A stretch of DNA of 64,000 nucleotides from a bacterium (GCA_963681965.1 OY820579.1:1632001-1696000), one strand, 5' to 3'; counted from the stretch's first letter, positions 49,022 to 59,070 are shown. Notes: generated by a model not told the origin, from the sequence alone. Program-made: numbers and translations.

Positions 49022-51682
49022 TTATTTTGTCAAGAGGATTTGCCGGGTCGTACTGAAACTCGACGTCTCCATTTTCACAAAATAATTTCCCGAAGGTAGA
49101 TCTTTCGCATTCCAGTTGATCGATTGTGAGCCACGCTTCACATTGCCATTCACCAATGTTGCATTCGTCTGACCCAAGATGTTCATAATCGTAATTTTAA
49201 CGTTCCCTTCGGTCATCATCGAATACGAAATTCGCGTCGTCGAATTGAATGGATTGGGATAACTCGACAACGAATACTCATTTACCACTGCTGACTGCGG
49301 TGTTGCCGTACGCGAGGCATTCGAAGTCGTCGTCCCGTCGAGCGCCTTATCGGTGATGCGATAAGTGTAGGTTCGACCGTTTTCAAGATTGTAATTGTCG
49401 ACATAATAATAGTTCAAAGGCACCGAGCTATTGCCCCCGTCGGCTTTCGATTGCTCCCGATGAATCAATGTCCAATTGCCCGATGGATCGTCGTTCAATT
49501 TGCGCTCGATCTCGAATCCCCAGTTGTTGATTTCGGTAGCGACACGCCAGTGTAAAGTCACCTGACGGTCACCGGCGGAAGCATCCATCGTCAATGCTGT
49601 TACCGGCGTAACTGGTTGAGCGGTTAATGCCCAAGTCGAGAATTGTTGGACATTGTAGATCGTTGCGCGCCAGACATTCGGGGTACCGGCAGCATACAGG
49701 TCGATTACCGGGTAGTAATAATTCCAGACACCGAGGTGATATGCGAGCGCCATCAACCGCGGAGTATGTAATCGTGGATCCCCAAACCCGGCCGGGAGAT
49801 CGGTGTCGGTGAAATAAAGTTCAACGCGGGCACGGAAGCCTGCGCCCCCGGTTTGATCGATTTGCCACCAGCGCTGAATATTGTCGTTTGCATTATAGGG
49901 CATCGGGTTGTAAATGCCGGAACCAGTGAACCCGCCAACCGGAAGACCGGTAGGATAACTGGTAACGTAATTGACAACTACTGTGGACGGTTGAAGACCG
50001 ACATTACCGCTGAATTCCAAAATAATTGGGGGTAGGTTGTTTGTTTCGGGATCCGGAGGAAATGACGGATGCCACGGTAGAGGGTTCGCACCAGGCGTCG
50101 GGTTATTGTCGGAATTATCGTTGCCATCCACCCAACGGTCTGCAGCGATAGCCGTACCTTCGAGATTCGCAAAAAATAGTGGAGCACTGCCAGTATGGAA
50201 GAAACTGAATGTACCGGTTTCATGACCGGCAACTGTTGGAGTATAGCGAACAGTTACATCGTAAGTTGCGGATGATGCAATAATAACAGGGTAAGTATGG
50301 GTTCCAACCAGACTAAACGGACCAGTACAGGACAAATTAGTAACTCTTATACTGTCCGGTCCACAATTGAAGATTTGGAATACTTTATCGGTAGTCATCG
50401 ATCCAATAGTATCGGCACCGAATTGAACTACTGAAGATCCAACCGGTGTGCCATTCACCGTTACACGCGGAAATTGTGGACCTTCCCAGATACCGATTCC
50501 CGTAAGTGCCAAGGTATATGGCGATCCACTAGCATTGTGATCAAATCTGAAGTTGCCTGTTCGTGTACCGTGTATCGTGGGAGTAAATGTTAAGACGACA
50601 TCAGCGTAATTTCCCGGAAGAAGGCTTGAAGGTACCGCGCCATGACTAAAATCGCCAGTAGTTGCGACACTGTCGATCGTCAATGGCGAACCACCGGTAT
50701 TGCGAAGACGGATGGTGTGCGAGACTGATGTACCGTTTAACGTAGAACCCAAATTCAATGGTGGCGAAATCGCAGCGCCACCGACTTCAGTTACCGATAG
50801 TGCCGATGCTGGCACGGGAAGACCGGTACCGGTCAGGGTCAGGGCATATGAACCTCCGGCACCATTGTGATTAAATCCAAAAATACTGATTCGTGTTCCG
50901 GTAGTCGAAGGGTTGAAGGTAATCGTAACGTCGAGATGTCCACCTCCGATGATTGGAGTAGTTAAAGCGGAATAAGTGAAATCACCGTAGATCGAACCGT
51001 TGGAAAGCGTTAGTTCGGCATTACCGGAATTGGAAATGCGAATCGTATGTGTAACCGGAGTACCGAGAACAGACGAACCAAAATTCAACGGAGTTGTAAT
51101 CGAAGTACCGGCAACCTCAGTCACGTTCATGATTGGCGTTGGTGCACCGCATACTTGCCAATTCGGTAATGCCGACGTCGGATTGACTTGCATATCCCAA
51201 TACGATGCGTCGGAAGTCGGTGCGATGTAGGGACCGCCATCGACATAGTGCGACCCTGATGGGAAAGGTGTTGCTGTTCCATAGGCAACATCGGACCAAA
51301 TTCGAATATAGAAAAAGGCTCCGGCATTCAGCGAAGTTGGGGTTTGAGTATTGTGTAAAGAAGTGGATTGCGCCGTCAGGAACAACGAAAATAAACCATC
51401 GGCTTCAGTACCCTCGCCAATCTGCCACATCGAATTAATAATGTCCCCGTCAGTGACTGCGCCGAGATCTCCTGCAGCAGACGATGGAGGATGCAACGTT
51501 CCGTTCGGGCGAAGAATTTGTATGAGGCTACCGCGAGGTACCGGGTTGCCATTATACATCACCGTGTACAGAATTTCTCCACTCACGTCGAAGGATGCAA
51601 AATCAAATCCGATCGGATTGGCGAATATCGATCCAACCAGCAGGAATAGATTGATCATAAACATCACACAAATCTTCTTTAT
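49022..51682 (-). CDS. Secreted paralogue 2: shared N-domain, 3 ASH/choice-of-anchor-D Ig domains, FN3-like domain, T9SS-type CTD
   Basis: LNFG....G....I.N.G...L repeats; W.VATEINNWGFEIER; SYPNPFN. The codon at the Shine-Dalgarno-optimal position is ATA (51682). Confidence 0.82.
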   Translation of the reverse strand: MKKICVMFMINLFLLVGSIFANPIGFDFASFDVSGEILYTVMYNGNPVPRGSLIQILRPNGTLHPPSSAAGDLGAVTDGDIINSMWQIGEGTEADGLFSLFLTAQSTSLHNTQTPTSLNAGAFFYIRIWSDVAYGTATPFPSGSHYVDGGPYIAPTSDASYWDMQVNPTSALPNWQVCGAPTPIMNVTEVAGTSITTPLNFGSSVLGTPVTHTIRISNSGNAELTLSNGSIYGDFTYSALTTPIIGGGHLDVTITFNPSTTGTRISIFGFNHNGAGGSYALTLTGTGLPVPASALSVTEVGGAAISPPLNLGSTLNGTSVSHTIRLRNTGGSPLTIDSVATTGDFSHGAVPSSLLPGNYADVVLTFTPTIHGTRTGNFRFDHNASGSPYTLALTGIGIWEGPQFPRVTVNGTPVGSSVVQFGADTIGSMTTDKVFQIFNCGPDSIRVTNLSCTGPFSLVGTHTYPVIIASSATYDVTVRYTPTVAGHETGTFSFFHTGSAPLFFANLEGTAIAADRWVDGNDNSDNNPTPGANPLPWHPSFPPDPETNNLPPIILEFSGNVGLQPSTVVVNYVTSYPTGLPVGGFTGSGIYNPMPYNANDNIQRWWQIDQTGGAGFRARVELYFTDTDLPAGFGDPRLHTPRLMALAYHLGVWNYYYPVIDLYAAGTPNVWRATIYNVQQFSTWALTAQPVTPVTALTMDASAGDRQVTLHWRVATEINNWGFEIERKLNDDPSGNWTLIHREQSKADGGNSSVPLNYYYVDNYNLENGRTYTYRITDKALDGTTTSNASRTATPQSAVVNEYSLSSYPNPFNSTTRISYSMMTEGNVKITIMNILGQTNATLVNGNVKRGSQSINWNAKDLPSGNYFVKMETSSFSTTRQILLTK

Positions 51683-51714
51683 AATTCCTCCTAGTACGAT
51701 TCTGCCGACGGGGG

Positions 51715-52524
51715 TTACTTGGTCAGCATGATTTGGCGAGTGGTATTACTAGTAGTTGTTTCCATCTTTACGAAATAAATTCCTGAAGGTAATCCGGTCG
51801 CATTCCAAGTCACATAATGCGTACCGTTGTTTGCGGTGCCATTAACCAATGCCGCGACTTGCTGTCCCAGCATATTGGCGATCGTGATTCGAACATTCCC
51901 CGGTTGGGGTAGTGAATATGCGATTTGCGTAGATGCATTGAAGGGATTGGGATAATTAGTGAGAGCATAGTTTCGTATGATTGTAATTTCCTCGGGAGCG
52001 GCGGTGCCACCAAGTGTCTGCCAATTCGGATTCGTCGAATTGGGTAATACCTGCACATTCCAGACAGCGTTATCGACGACGAAAGGACCGCCATCAACAT
52101 AATGCGTTCCGGGTGGGAATGGAGTCGGTGCATTGGAATTTACATCGGCCCAAATCCGGCAATAGAATCGAGCTTCTCGAATCAAGGCACCGGGAAGAAA
52201 CACGCCCTGGGGATAACCAGTCAATACGAGCGAAAATAGTCCGTCGGAGCTGCACCCTTCACCAATTCCCCAATGAGAGTTGAGGAGATCGCCTCCGCCG
52301 GGAGCGCCGCGAAGATCGCCCGTCGTGACGGGAGGATGAAGTGAATCGACCACAGCAATGATCTGAATCATTCTACCTTGTCGTAGAATATCGCCGTTAT
52401 ACCGGATCGGAAAAGTCGTTTCGCCATCGCTGCTGAAAGTCGCGAAATCGATCGGAAACGGTTGGGCAAACGCTAAACTAGATAACACAAGGAGGACTGT
52501 CAGACAGGAAAAAAGGTGTTTCAT
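51715..52524 (-). CDS. Secreted paralogue 1: shared N-domain plus T9SS-type CTD
   Basis: Signal peptide ending AFA-QP; NYPNPFN C-terminal domain. Confidence 0.85.
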   Translation of the reverse strand: MKHLFSCLTVLLVLSSLAFAQPFPIDFATFSSDGETTFPIRYNGDILRQGRMIQIIAVVDSLHPPVTTGDLRGAPGGGDLLNSHWGIGEGCSSDGLFSLVLTGYPQGVFLPGALIREARFYCRIWADVNSNAPTPFPPGTHYVDGGPFVVDNAVWNVQVLPNSTNPNWQTLGGTAAPEEITIIRNYALTNYPNPFNASTQIAYSLPQPGNVRITIANMLGQQVAALVNGTANNGTHYVTWNATGLPSGIYFVKMETTTSNTTRQIMLTK

Positions 52525-53029
52525 AAAAGCTCCAGATTCACGGTAGAAAAGTCAGAGATTAATCAGGATAGGGGTGAGTTATTGCAACATAAGCCATTGT
52601 AAGAATTTTAAATAGGGAATTCAATATACTTTAGAAAGAATTTCAATTAATTTAAGAATGTTTGAATTCAATATTTTAGTGTCCAAATTTGAAACTGAAT
52701 TGGGAAACTTATTGGTCAGTTGTGTTTCCGTTTTCTTTCATAGTGCCAATGTTGTATCTTTAGACGCGGGTAATTGAAATCTACCCGCTTTTCCGTTGCA
52801 ATCGGTGAACGGGAAACGGCGAACCGACCGGCATTGCGCAGCCTCCCCGGCTGATCTCGCAAGCGCCGGGTGGGCAGGGCGAACCGGTTCCAGCGTAGTA
52901 TTCCGGGCTGTCTCTGCCAATCAAATCTCGTTTGATCGCAACCACAGTTCCGAACTCTACTGCCCAAATCGAATTACACTCCGAACGCAACTTCGCAATT
53001 TCATTCATCTCTTACGCAGGAGTCGTCCC

Positions 53030-54559
53030 GTGTCTATTAAAATTACCGGTTACAATTTGACCGTGAATGATGTCGTTGCGGTCGCCCGTCGCAACGAAAA
53101 AATCGAATTGGCACCCGAAGCCATCGATCGAATTAAAGAATGCCGCAGCTTTCTGCTCCGCAAAATCGCCAAAGGCGAAACGATGTACGGCGTCAATACC
53201 GGCATCGGCGAATTGTCCGAAATCCGGCTCTCCGACGAACAGACGCGCGAATTTCAGAAATACCTCGTATTCAATCACGCCGCCGGAATCGGCGATCCGA
53301 TGCTGATCGACTATGTTCGCGCCGCGATGCTTTCGCGCATCAATGTCCACTCCAAAGGAAAGTCGGCGTGCCGTCCCGAAATCACTCAGACTTATGTCGA
53401 CATGCTCAACAAGGGCGTCACGCCGGTGGTCTGCAATCGCGGTTCGGTAGGCGCTTGCGGCGATCTCGCACCGATGTCGCAAATCGCACTTTCGCTGCTC
53501 GGTGAAGGGGAATCGTTTTACAACGGCATTCGCATGCCGTCATCGGAAGCATTCCGCCTTGCCGGTATTCCCGTACCCGGTCTCGAAGTGCGCGACGGTC
53601 TCGCTGCCATCAACGGCAGCAATTTTATCTGCGGTGTCGGCTGCATGTTGATTCACGACATGGAACGATTCCTGTTGCAAGCGGAAATTGCCGCAGCGAT
53701 GTCGCTGGAAGCACTACTCGCCAACATGAAACCGTATGACGAACGGCTCCATACCCTGCGTGGGTTCAGCGGTTCGGTAACCAGTGCCGCGAATCTCCGC
53801 AAATTGATGCACGGTTCCGATCTGACTACTGGCAAGATGAAAGTGAAAGTGCAGGATGCCTACAGCATGCGCTGCACCCCGCAAGTGATCGGCAGTGCGC
53901 GCGATGCCATCAAGTGGGCACGCTCGCAATTCGAAATTGAACTCAATGGTGTCTGCGACAATCCGATTTTTGTTCCGGAAGACGATGTAGTGTTATCCGG
54001 TGCAAATTTCCAAGGTACGCCGATCAGCTTGCCGCTCGATGCCGTCGCAGCGGCGATCACGATGGTATGCGTGTTGTCGGAACGACGTTTGAACCGGTTG
54101 TTGAATCCGGCTTGCAGCGTCGGTCTGCCGGCGTTCCTCACCAAGGGTGCGGGAATGTTCTCGGGACACATGCTGAGTCAATACACCGCCGATATGCTGA
54201 TTGTCGAACAGCGCATTTTGTCGGTACCGGCGACGATTCAGTCGATCCCGGCGGCAGCCGATCAGGAAGATTTCGTCAGTATGGGTTGGAACAGCGCACT
54301 GAAGGCGGCGACCATAGTGGACAACGCCTACGGTATCCTCGGCATCGAACTCATTGCCGGAGCGCAGGCGCTCGATTTCCGTGAATTCACGCCGGGCAAG
54401 GGAACGCTCGCGGGCAAGGAAGCAGTACGCAAATTCGTGCAGCATCTCGATATCGACCGACCGTTGTTCCCGGACCACAATGCGATGAAGGAAGCAGTGA
54501 AGAATCAGGAAGTGCTGAAGACTGTGGAAGCCGCGATTGGCGAGTTGAAGATTTACTAG
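53030..54559 (+). CDS. hutH: Aromatic amino acid ammonia-lyase, histidine ammonia-lyase-like
   Basis: YGVNTGIG, GSVGACGDLAP, QDAYSMRC, DNP, GANFQG, QEDFVSMG; AGGAG before GTG 53030. Substrate not certain. Confidence 0.8.
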   Translation: MSIKITGYNLTVNDVVAVARRNEKIELAPEAIDRIKECRSFLLRKIAKGETMYGVNTGIGELSEIRLSDEQTREFQKYLVFNHAAGIGDPMLIDYVRAAMLSRINVHSKGKSACRPEITQTYVDMLNKGVTPVVCNRGSVGACGDLAPMSQIALSLLGEGESFYNGIRMPSSEAFRLAGIPVPGLEVRDGLAAINGSNFICGVGCMLIHDMERFLLQAEIAAAMSLEALLANMKPYDERLHTLRGFSGSVTSAANLRKLMHGSDLTTGKMKVKVQDAYSMRCTPQVIGSARDAIKWARSQFEIELNGVCDNPIFVPEDDVVLSGANFQGTPISLPLDAVAAAITMVCVLSERRLNRLLNPACSVGLPAFLTKGAGMFSGHMLSQYTADMLIVEQRILSVPATIQSIPAAADQEDFVSMGWNSALKAATIVDNAYGILGIELIAGAQALDFREFTPGKGTLAGKEAVRKFVQHLDIDRPLFPDHNAMKEAVKNQEVLKTVEAAIGELKIY

Positions 54560-54590
54560 TCGCTTATCACAACCTTTTGTACTAGTATTC

Positions 54591-54621
54591 GGAGGTGGGA
54601 CTTTAGTCCCGCCTCTTTTTT
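54591..54621 (+). terminator. Palindrome/terminator after the ammonia-lyase
   Basis: GAGGTGGGACT-tt-AGTCCCGCCTC then T tract; similar to 20682-20704. Confidence 0.7.
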
Positions 54622-55335
54622 CTCTTTAAGTCTAAGTACTAGAAGTAAACCTGTCAGAAGGTTAGTGGCTATTTTTCTGTTGGTTGTATTCATTGAATTT
54701 TGCTATAACAGCTGGTTTCATATTTATTATCTCACTTGAATGAATGAATCGGCCAACATCAAGAGGAATCATATACTTAAGAGAAACTTCATTTGAAGTT
54801 TGATCAGTATGTAAGAGTGTGATATCTCCATCTTTGTTAATTCTATACCAATCCGAAATAACGCCTAATAATTTTACCCGATCATTTAACGTGATTTCAG
54901 TTCCAAACATGTCTACAGCTTGAGTTAGAATAACTGGAGCGCCTGATGAACCAGGTAATATTGCTACATCAACCAGACCATTTGGATTATTTTCAAATCT
55001 AACAACTGGAGGCAATGCTGTCGTTCCGCTTCTATTTATTGGTAGATTGTGAATCGAATCCCATAAACCATTCGGATATGATGGTATGACTACATTTGAG
55101 GACGGCGGTAAACGTTCTAGAAATTCACTATTCGGAATATGTTGTTCAGTAAACGACATTGCACCAATTTTTTTTCCGCCATCTTCTTGATTAAATAGAA
55201 TTGTGACTAAGTCGATATCCTCGTTAGGATGACTAACAATATCTTTTATCGTAAAAGTTCTGATTTGAGGCTTTTCATCAAAAGACCCATGGTCTGCATC
55301 GTGATCTGCCCCCATTATTTGTACCAGTGTCTATG

Positions 55336-56211
55336 TCACACTGGTCTCATTCCTGCGTAGCGTAGCGGAGCAGGAATGAGTGGTAACTCTGTTTCCGGTG
55401 CCGGCGGCAGATAGCCCAAAGAGCTGTGCGGTCGAATCGTATTGTAATGGTGCCGCCATTGTTCGATAATCACCTTTGCTTCCAATATGGTATCAAAGAT
55501 TTCACCCTTCAGCAACAGTTTCAACCGACAGTTAAAACTTTCGATGTATCCGTTTTCCCACGGGCTGCCAGGCGTAATAAACAAGGGTTGCACATCAACC
55601 CGGGGCAGCCACGCTAGTACCTCATTCGCCGTAAACTCAGGGCCATTGTCACTACGAACATGAATCGGTGTACCTCGTACTACAAACAGTTCTTCCAGTA
55701 CGCAAAGAACATCATCCGCCTTGATCTTCCGGGCTACCAGGATCGCAAGGCATTCCCGGGTGTATTCGTCCATGATCGCAAAGATCTTGAACGAACGACC
55801 ATTCGACGTATGCCACGTGACAAAGTCGAAGCTCCAGACATGATCCGGATGTTCCGGACGTAGACGGATGCAGGAACCATCATTCAGCCACAGTCTTCGA
55901 CGCTTCTTCTGCTTCTTCGGGACCTTCAGTCCGGACTGTCGCCAGATCCGTTCCACCCGTTTGTGGTTTACCCGCCAGCCGATGTTACGGATCATCGCCG
56001 TTACGATCCGGTAGCCATACCCGCCATACTGGCAAGCCAGAAATACCACCAGCGAGACCAACGGGCCTTCGTCGGCACGACGAAGCGGTGCATACCGGTG
56101 ACTCGTTCGTGGTTCGCAAAGAACCGTACAGACCCGTCGTTCCGAGACCCGATCAATGCCCAGCGAATGGCGAACAGTAAGCGCAGTCTCGCGACGCTTC
56201 GCCGGGCACAC
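55336..56211 (-). CDS. IS3-family transposase OrfB (DDE)
   Basis: YGYR, VNHKRVERIWR, WSFDF, SDNGPEF, PGSPWENGYIESFN, RPHSSLGY. Confidence 0.95.
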   Translation of the reverse strand: MCPAKRRETALTVRHSLGIDRVSERRVCTVLCEPRTSHRYAPLRRADEGPLVSLVVFLACQYGGYGYRIVTAMIRNIGWRVNHKRVERIWRQSGLKVPKKQKKRRRLWLNDGSCIRLRPEHPDHVWSFDFVTWHTSNGRSFKIFAIMDEYTRECLAILVARKIKADDVLCVLEELFVVRGTPIHVRSDNGPEFTANEVLAWLPRVDVQPLFITPGSPWENGYIESFNCRLKLLLKGEIFDTILEAKVIIEQWRHHYNTIRPHSSLGYLPPAPETELPLIPAPLRYAGMRPV

Positions 56212-56486
56212 TATTTTCCCTTGAGAGCCTCCTGCAGGATCTCTTTGTCCAAGGTCAGATCAGATACGACCTTCCGAAGACGGCCATTCTCGCGTTCCAG
56301 TTCCTTCAAACGCTTCGCCTGATCCAGCTTCAAACCACCGTATTCCTTGCGCCAGTGGTAGTAAGTATGTTCCTGGATGCCCAACTTCCGGCAAACTTCA
56401 CGGACGCTCATCCCCTTCCCAATCTCAACTTCCGCTTCACGAAGCATCGGGATAATCTGCTCCGCAGTTCGCTTCACTCCACGCAT
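56211..56486 (-). CDS. IS3-family transposase OrfA (HTH)
   Basis: VCRKLGI...TYYHWRKEYGG, LERENGRLRK; TAGTG overlap with orfB. Confidence 0.95.
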   Translation of the reverse strand: MRGVKRTAEQIIPMLREAEVEIGKGMSVREVCRKLGIQEHTYYHWRKEYGGLKLDQAKRLKELERENGRLRKVVSDLTLDKEILQEALKGK

Positions 56487-57129
56487 GAAAACCTCCCATA
56501 AAAGGTACTACTCTGACATAGAGAGTGGTACTACTTTCGGGGGCTAGATCAATCGGACAATGTATGCACGAAAAATCGTCCAGAATCTATAGGTTTAGTC
56601 ATTATATCAACAACATGTTTATTTGTTATAATAACTCGTATACAGTGTTTAGTGTTATATGAATTTTCGAAAAAAAATCCAGTTCCATCTTTCATAATTT
56701 GATCACTTCTAGCCTCGATTTTGACAGTACTAAATAGGCTATGAGCATAATGTCCCCTGAAGGGTATCTGCCAATTTTCCACGGGAAATTCCTTGGGTTA
56801 ATTGTTGTATTTTTGCTAAACAAACTTATTGATAGTAAATATAGTTAAATTAGTATTAACTTGCAATCACATTTAAATTAATAGGTTTTTTCTCACATTT
56901 CTTTTAACTACCGCATCCAAATTGAACGAGTTACCACCCGCAAGGTCGCTCGAATAGTTTTTCCCATTTGTTGGCGAGATACACAGAAGGTGGTCTTGTC
57001 GAACAGTATTGTTCGCGTCATTACTACGCTGGATGCGTACGAAAGGTGGTTATTGGACCATGATGGGTCGGAGGAACTGGGAATTTGCGGTTGGAACATG
57101 AAATTACAAGGTCGGACGTATGTCGTTCG

Positions 57130-57510
57130 TCACAAGGATAAAAACAAGATACATGATACAGGCGGAGATTGCTTTGTCTCTACGCTTCGGAAGTGTTTCG
57201 CACGTTCCTTCGCTTCGTTCCTCGCAAAGACATAATCAAGACGTAAGATACAGGATACAAGATGCGAGTTACCTGATGGTAGGGGCGGTTCGCGAACCGC
57301 TCGTGTCCAGTCAAGATACACAAAATGAAAAAGATAGATTGCTTCGTCACTACGCTTCGGAAGTGCTTCGCACGTTCCTTCGCTGCGTTCCTCGCAACGA
57401 CGGATCAGGACACAAGACACAGGATATAAGATACCCAACGCAGGCTCGGAGGCCTGCGCCACCACAAAAAATCAGAAAAATGGGAGTTTGCAGAGAGGCT
57501 CCCCTACTTC
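57130..57510. repeat. Mosaic of REP-like palindromes and AAGATAC/AGGATAC heptamers
   Basis: Two ~65-bp near-copies (about 57165-57230 and 57335-57400) AGATTGCT...CCTCGCAA; GTAGGGGCGGTTCGCGAACCGC; reverse GTAGGGGAGCC. Confidence 0.75.
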
Positions 57511-57609
57511 TGATGCGATTACTTTTGATAATCATAGTAAGTTCGGTTTGTCACTACTTGGTGGATTCCCGTATCTTAGGATAATTTCGATACAAATGGA
57601 ATTTTTTTT

Positions 57610-59070
57610 ATGACCGAACCGACCACGAAATCCACTGTACCTGATGACATTTCACCCGCAAAAAAACGTCTGCTGGAATTGGGCAAGCAGGTAAAGCAAT
57701 GGGTTGCCGAAGATCGACACGAAGAAATCCTCGCGGCACACGATGAGCTGATCGCACTCACCGAAGAAGTCGGTGATGAACATCTGACCACTTTTGTACT
57801 ATACACCTACAGCTTTTACTATTGGCGGGTAGGTCGATTCGACGATGCCTTTCGCTATCTTCAAAAATCACTGGCGATCGTTCGTCGTTCCGGTTCGCCA
57901 CGACAAATTGGCGCACTGCTCAATAATATCGGGAATATTTTCCGGGTGCGGGGCTATCCCACCGAAGCGCGAGAAAACTACGATCAAGCACTGACGGAGT
58001 TCCGCGCGATCGACGATAAGGAAGGGATTGCCAATTCACTGGGAAATATCGCCGTAATGTATATCGAATCCCGTCGTCATGCCGAAGCAGAACCGTACTT
58101 GCTCGAAGCAATTCAAATCTTCCACGATCTGGGCGATCAAAAATCCGAAGCCAATTTTCTCGGCGACTATGCCAAAGTCCAATTTGTACTCAATCAACCG
58201 GAACAATCGATTGCCACCGCCGAACGCGCAGTCGCATTAGCCGAAGCAATCCCCGATAATCATACCCTCGGTACAGTACTGAATTCACTCGGGTTAAGCC
58301 TTATCGCCGCGAAGCGTTTCGATGAAGCGTTTTCAGCATTGCAACGTGCACTCGAGGCGAATCGTATTGCTCACAATCAACGGTTCGAAGGGGTGACACT
58401 TTCGAATTTAGGATTTGCGGCATCGGAAATGGGAAATTTCGACCGAGCCATCGAATATTTCAATGATGCAGTTGAAATCCACCGGCGCATTTCCGATGTG
58501 AAGGGGACAACACTGGCGCGGTGGAGTATCATTAACGTTTATTTCAATCAACACAATTGGGAAAAGTGCAACCAGTTGATTGCTGATATCGCAGACGATA
58601 TCCGTGATTTGAATAATTCCGATCTCGAAATCATCGCATTTCTAAAGAAGGCGGAAGTACATCGCCGGCTCGGTGATTTTGTGGAGGCATTCGCGACTGC
58701 GGAACTGGTGGAAGGGTTCAGCCAAGCGCATTTTCCCGAATTGAAGGGTCTGACTCAAAGCTATTTTGCCTTGATCGAACTGGATCAGAATCGTATCGAA
58801 CAAGCTGCCACTTGGTTACTGCAGGCAAAATCATTAACCGATCAGAACAGCACCGAAGCGATCACGATGTATTGGTTGGTTCAGACTCGCTTCTTGATCG
58901 ATTCAAGTAGTATGAACCGAATCGACGAGCAACTTTCCAACATTAAACAGGCATATCGTCAGAGTATAATTTCCGATGACATCACAACAGGAGTACTGGA
59001 ATCAGTACTGAAAGTGATTCGAGAGGATGTGATCGAAAGAATAAATCCGCTGAAGATAGAGCTCTCCTAA
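57610..59070 (+). CDS. Tetratricopeptide repeat protein
   Basis: Repeated L.N[IL]G...G...A...AL units (LNNIG, LGNIA, LNSLG, LSNLG). Confidence 0.9.
   Translation: MTEPTTKSTVPDDISPAKKRLLELGKQVKQWVAEDRHEEILAAHDELIALTEEVGDEHLTTFVLYTYSFYYWRVGRFDDAFRYLQKSLAIVRRSGSPRQIGALLNNIGNIFRVRGYPTEARENYDQALTEFRAIDDKEGIANSLGNIAVMYIESRRHAEAEPYLLEAIQIFHDLGDQKSEANFLGDYAKVQFVLNQPEQSIATAERAVALAEAIPDNHTLGTVLNSLGLSLIAAKRFDEAFSALQRALEANRIAHNQRFEGVTLSNLGFAASEMGNFDRAIEYFNDAVEIHRRISDVKGTTLARWSIINVYFNQHNWEKCNQLIADIADDIRDLNNSDLEIIAFLKKAEVHRRLGDFVEAFATAELVEGFSQAHFPELKGLTQSYFALIELDQNRIEQAATWLLQAKSLTDQNSTEAITMYWLVQTRFLIDSSSMNRIDEQLSNIKQAYRQSIISDDITTGVLESVLKVIREDVIERINPLKIELS

Larger units (their letters stand above)
55302..56551 (-). 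mobile_element. IS3-family insertion sequence (1250 bp)
   Basis: TG...CA ends; imperfect IRs TGATCT(A)GCCCCC...GTACCA...CTATGTCA; 4-bp target duplication ATCG at 55298-55301 and 56552-56555. Confidence 0.95.
54662..56782 (-). pseudogene. Trypsin-like serine protease gene disrupted by an IS
   Basis: N-part has GTGFFF and ITNKHV; C-part has EDIDL and PGSSGAPV; removing the IS and one ATCG restores the frame (HTLSD-ADHGS). Confidence 0.88.

Noticed and set aside
47504-52524. Diversity-generating retroelement behind the paralogues
   Set aside because: No reverse transcriptase and no near-identical template/variable repeat pair with adenine-specific differences seen.
52796-53029. N-terminal extension of the ammonia-lyase
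   Set aside because: Family similarity begins at GTG 53030, which has its own Shine-Dalgarno.
54662-55315. Independent 217-aa gene
   Set aside because: Its ATG lies inside the IS inverted repeat; it is the C-terminal part of the disrupted protease.
57130-57460. Possible CRISPR array
   Set aside because: Only two long imperfect copies with low-complexity heptamers between them; no regular repeat-spacer period and no cas genes.
56908-57584. Short ORFs in the repeat-rich region
   Set aside because: Largely translations of repeats or featureless sequence; no convincing start signals.
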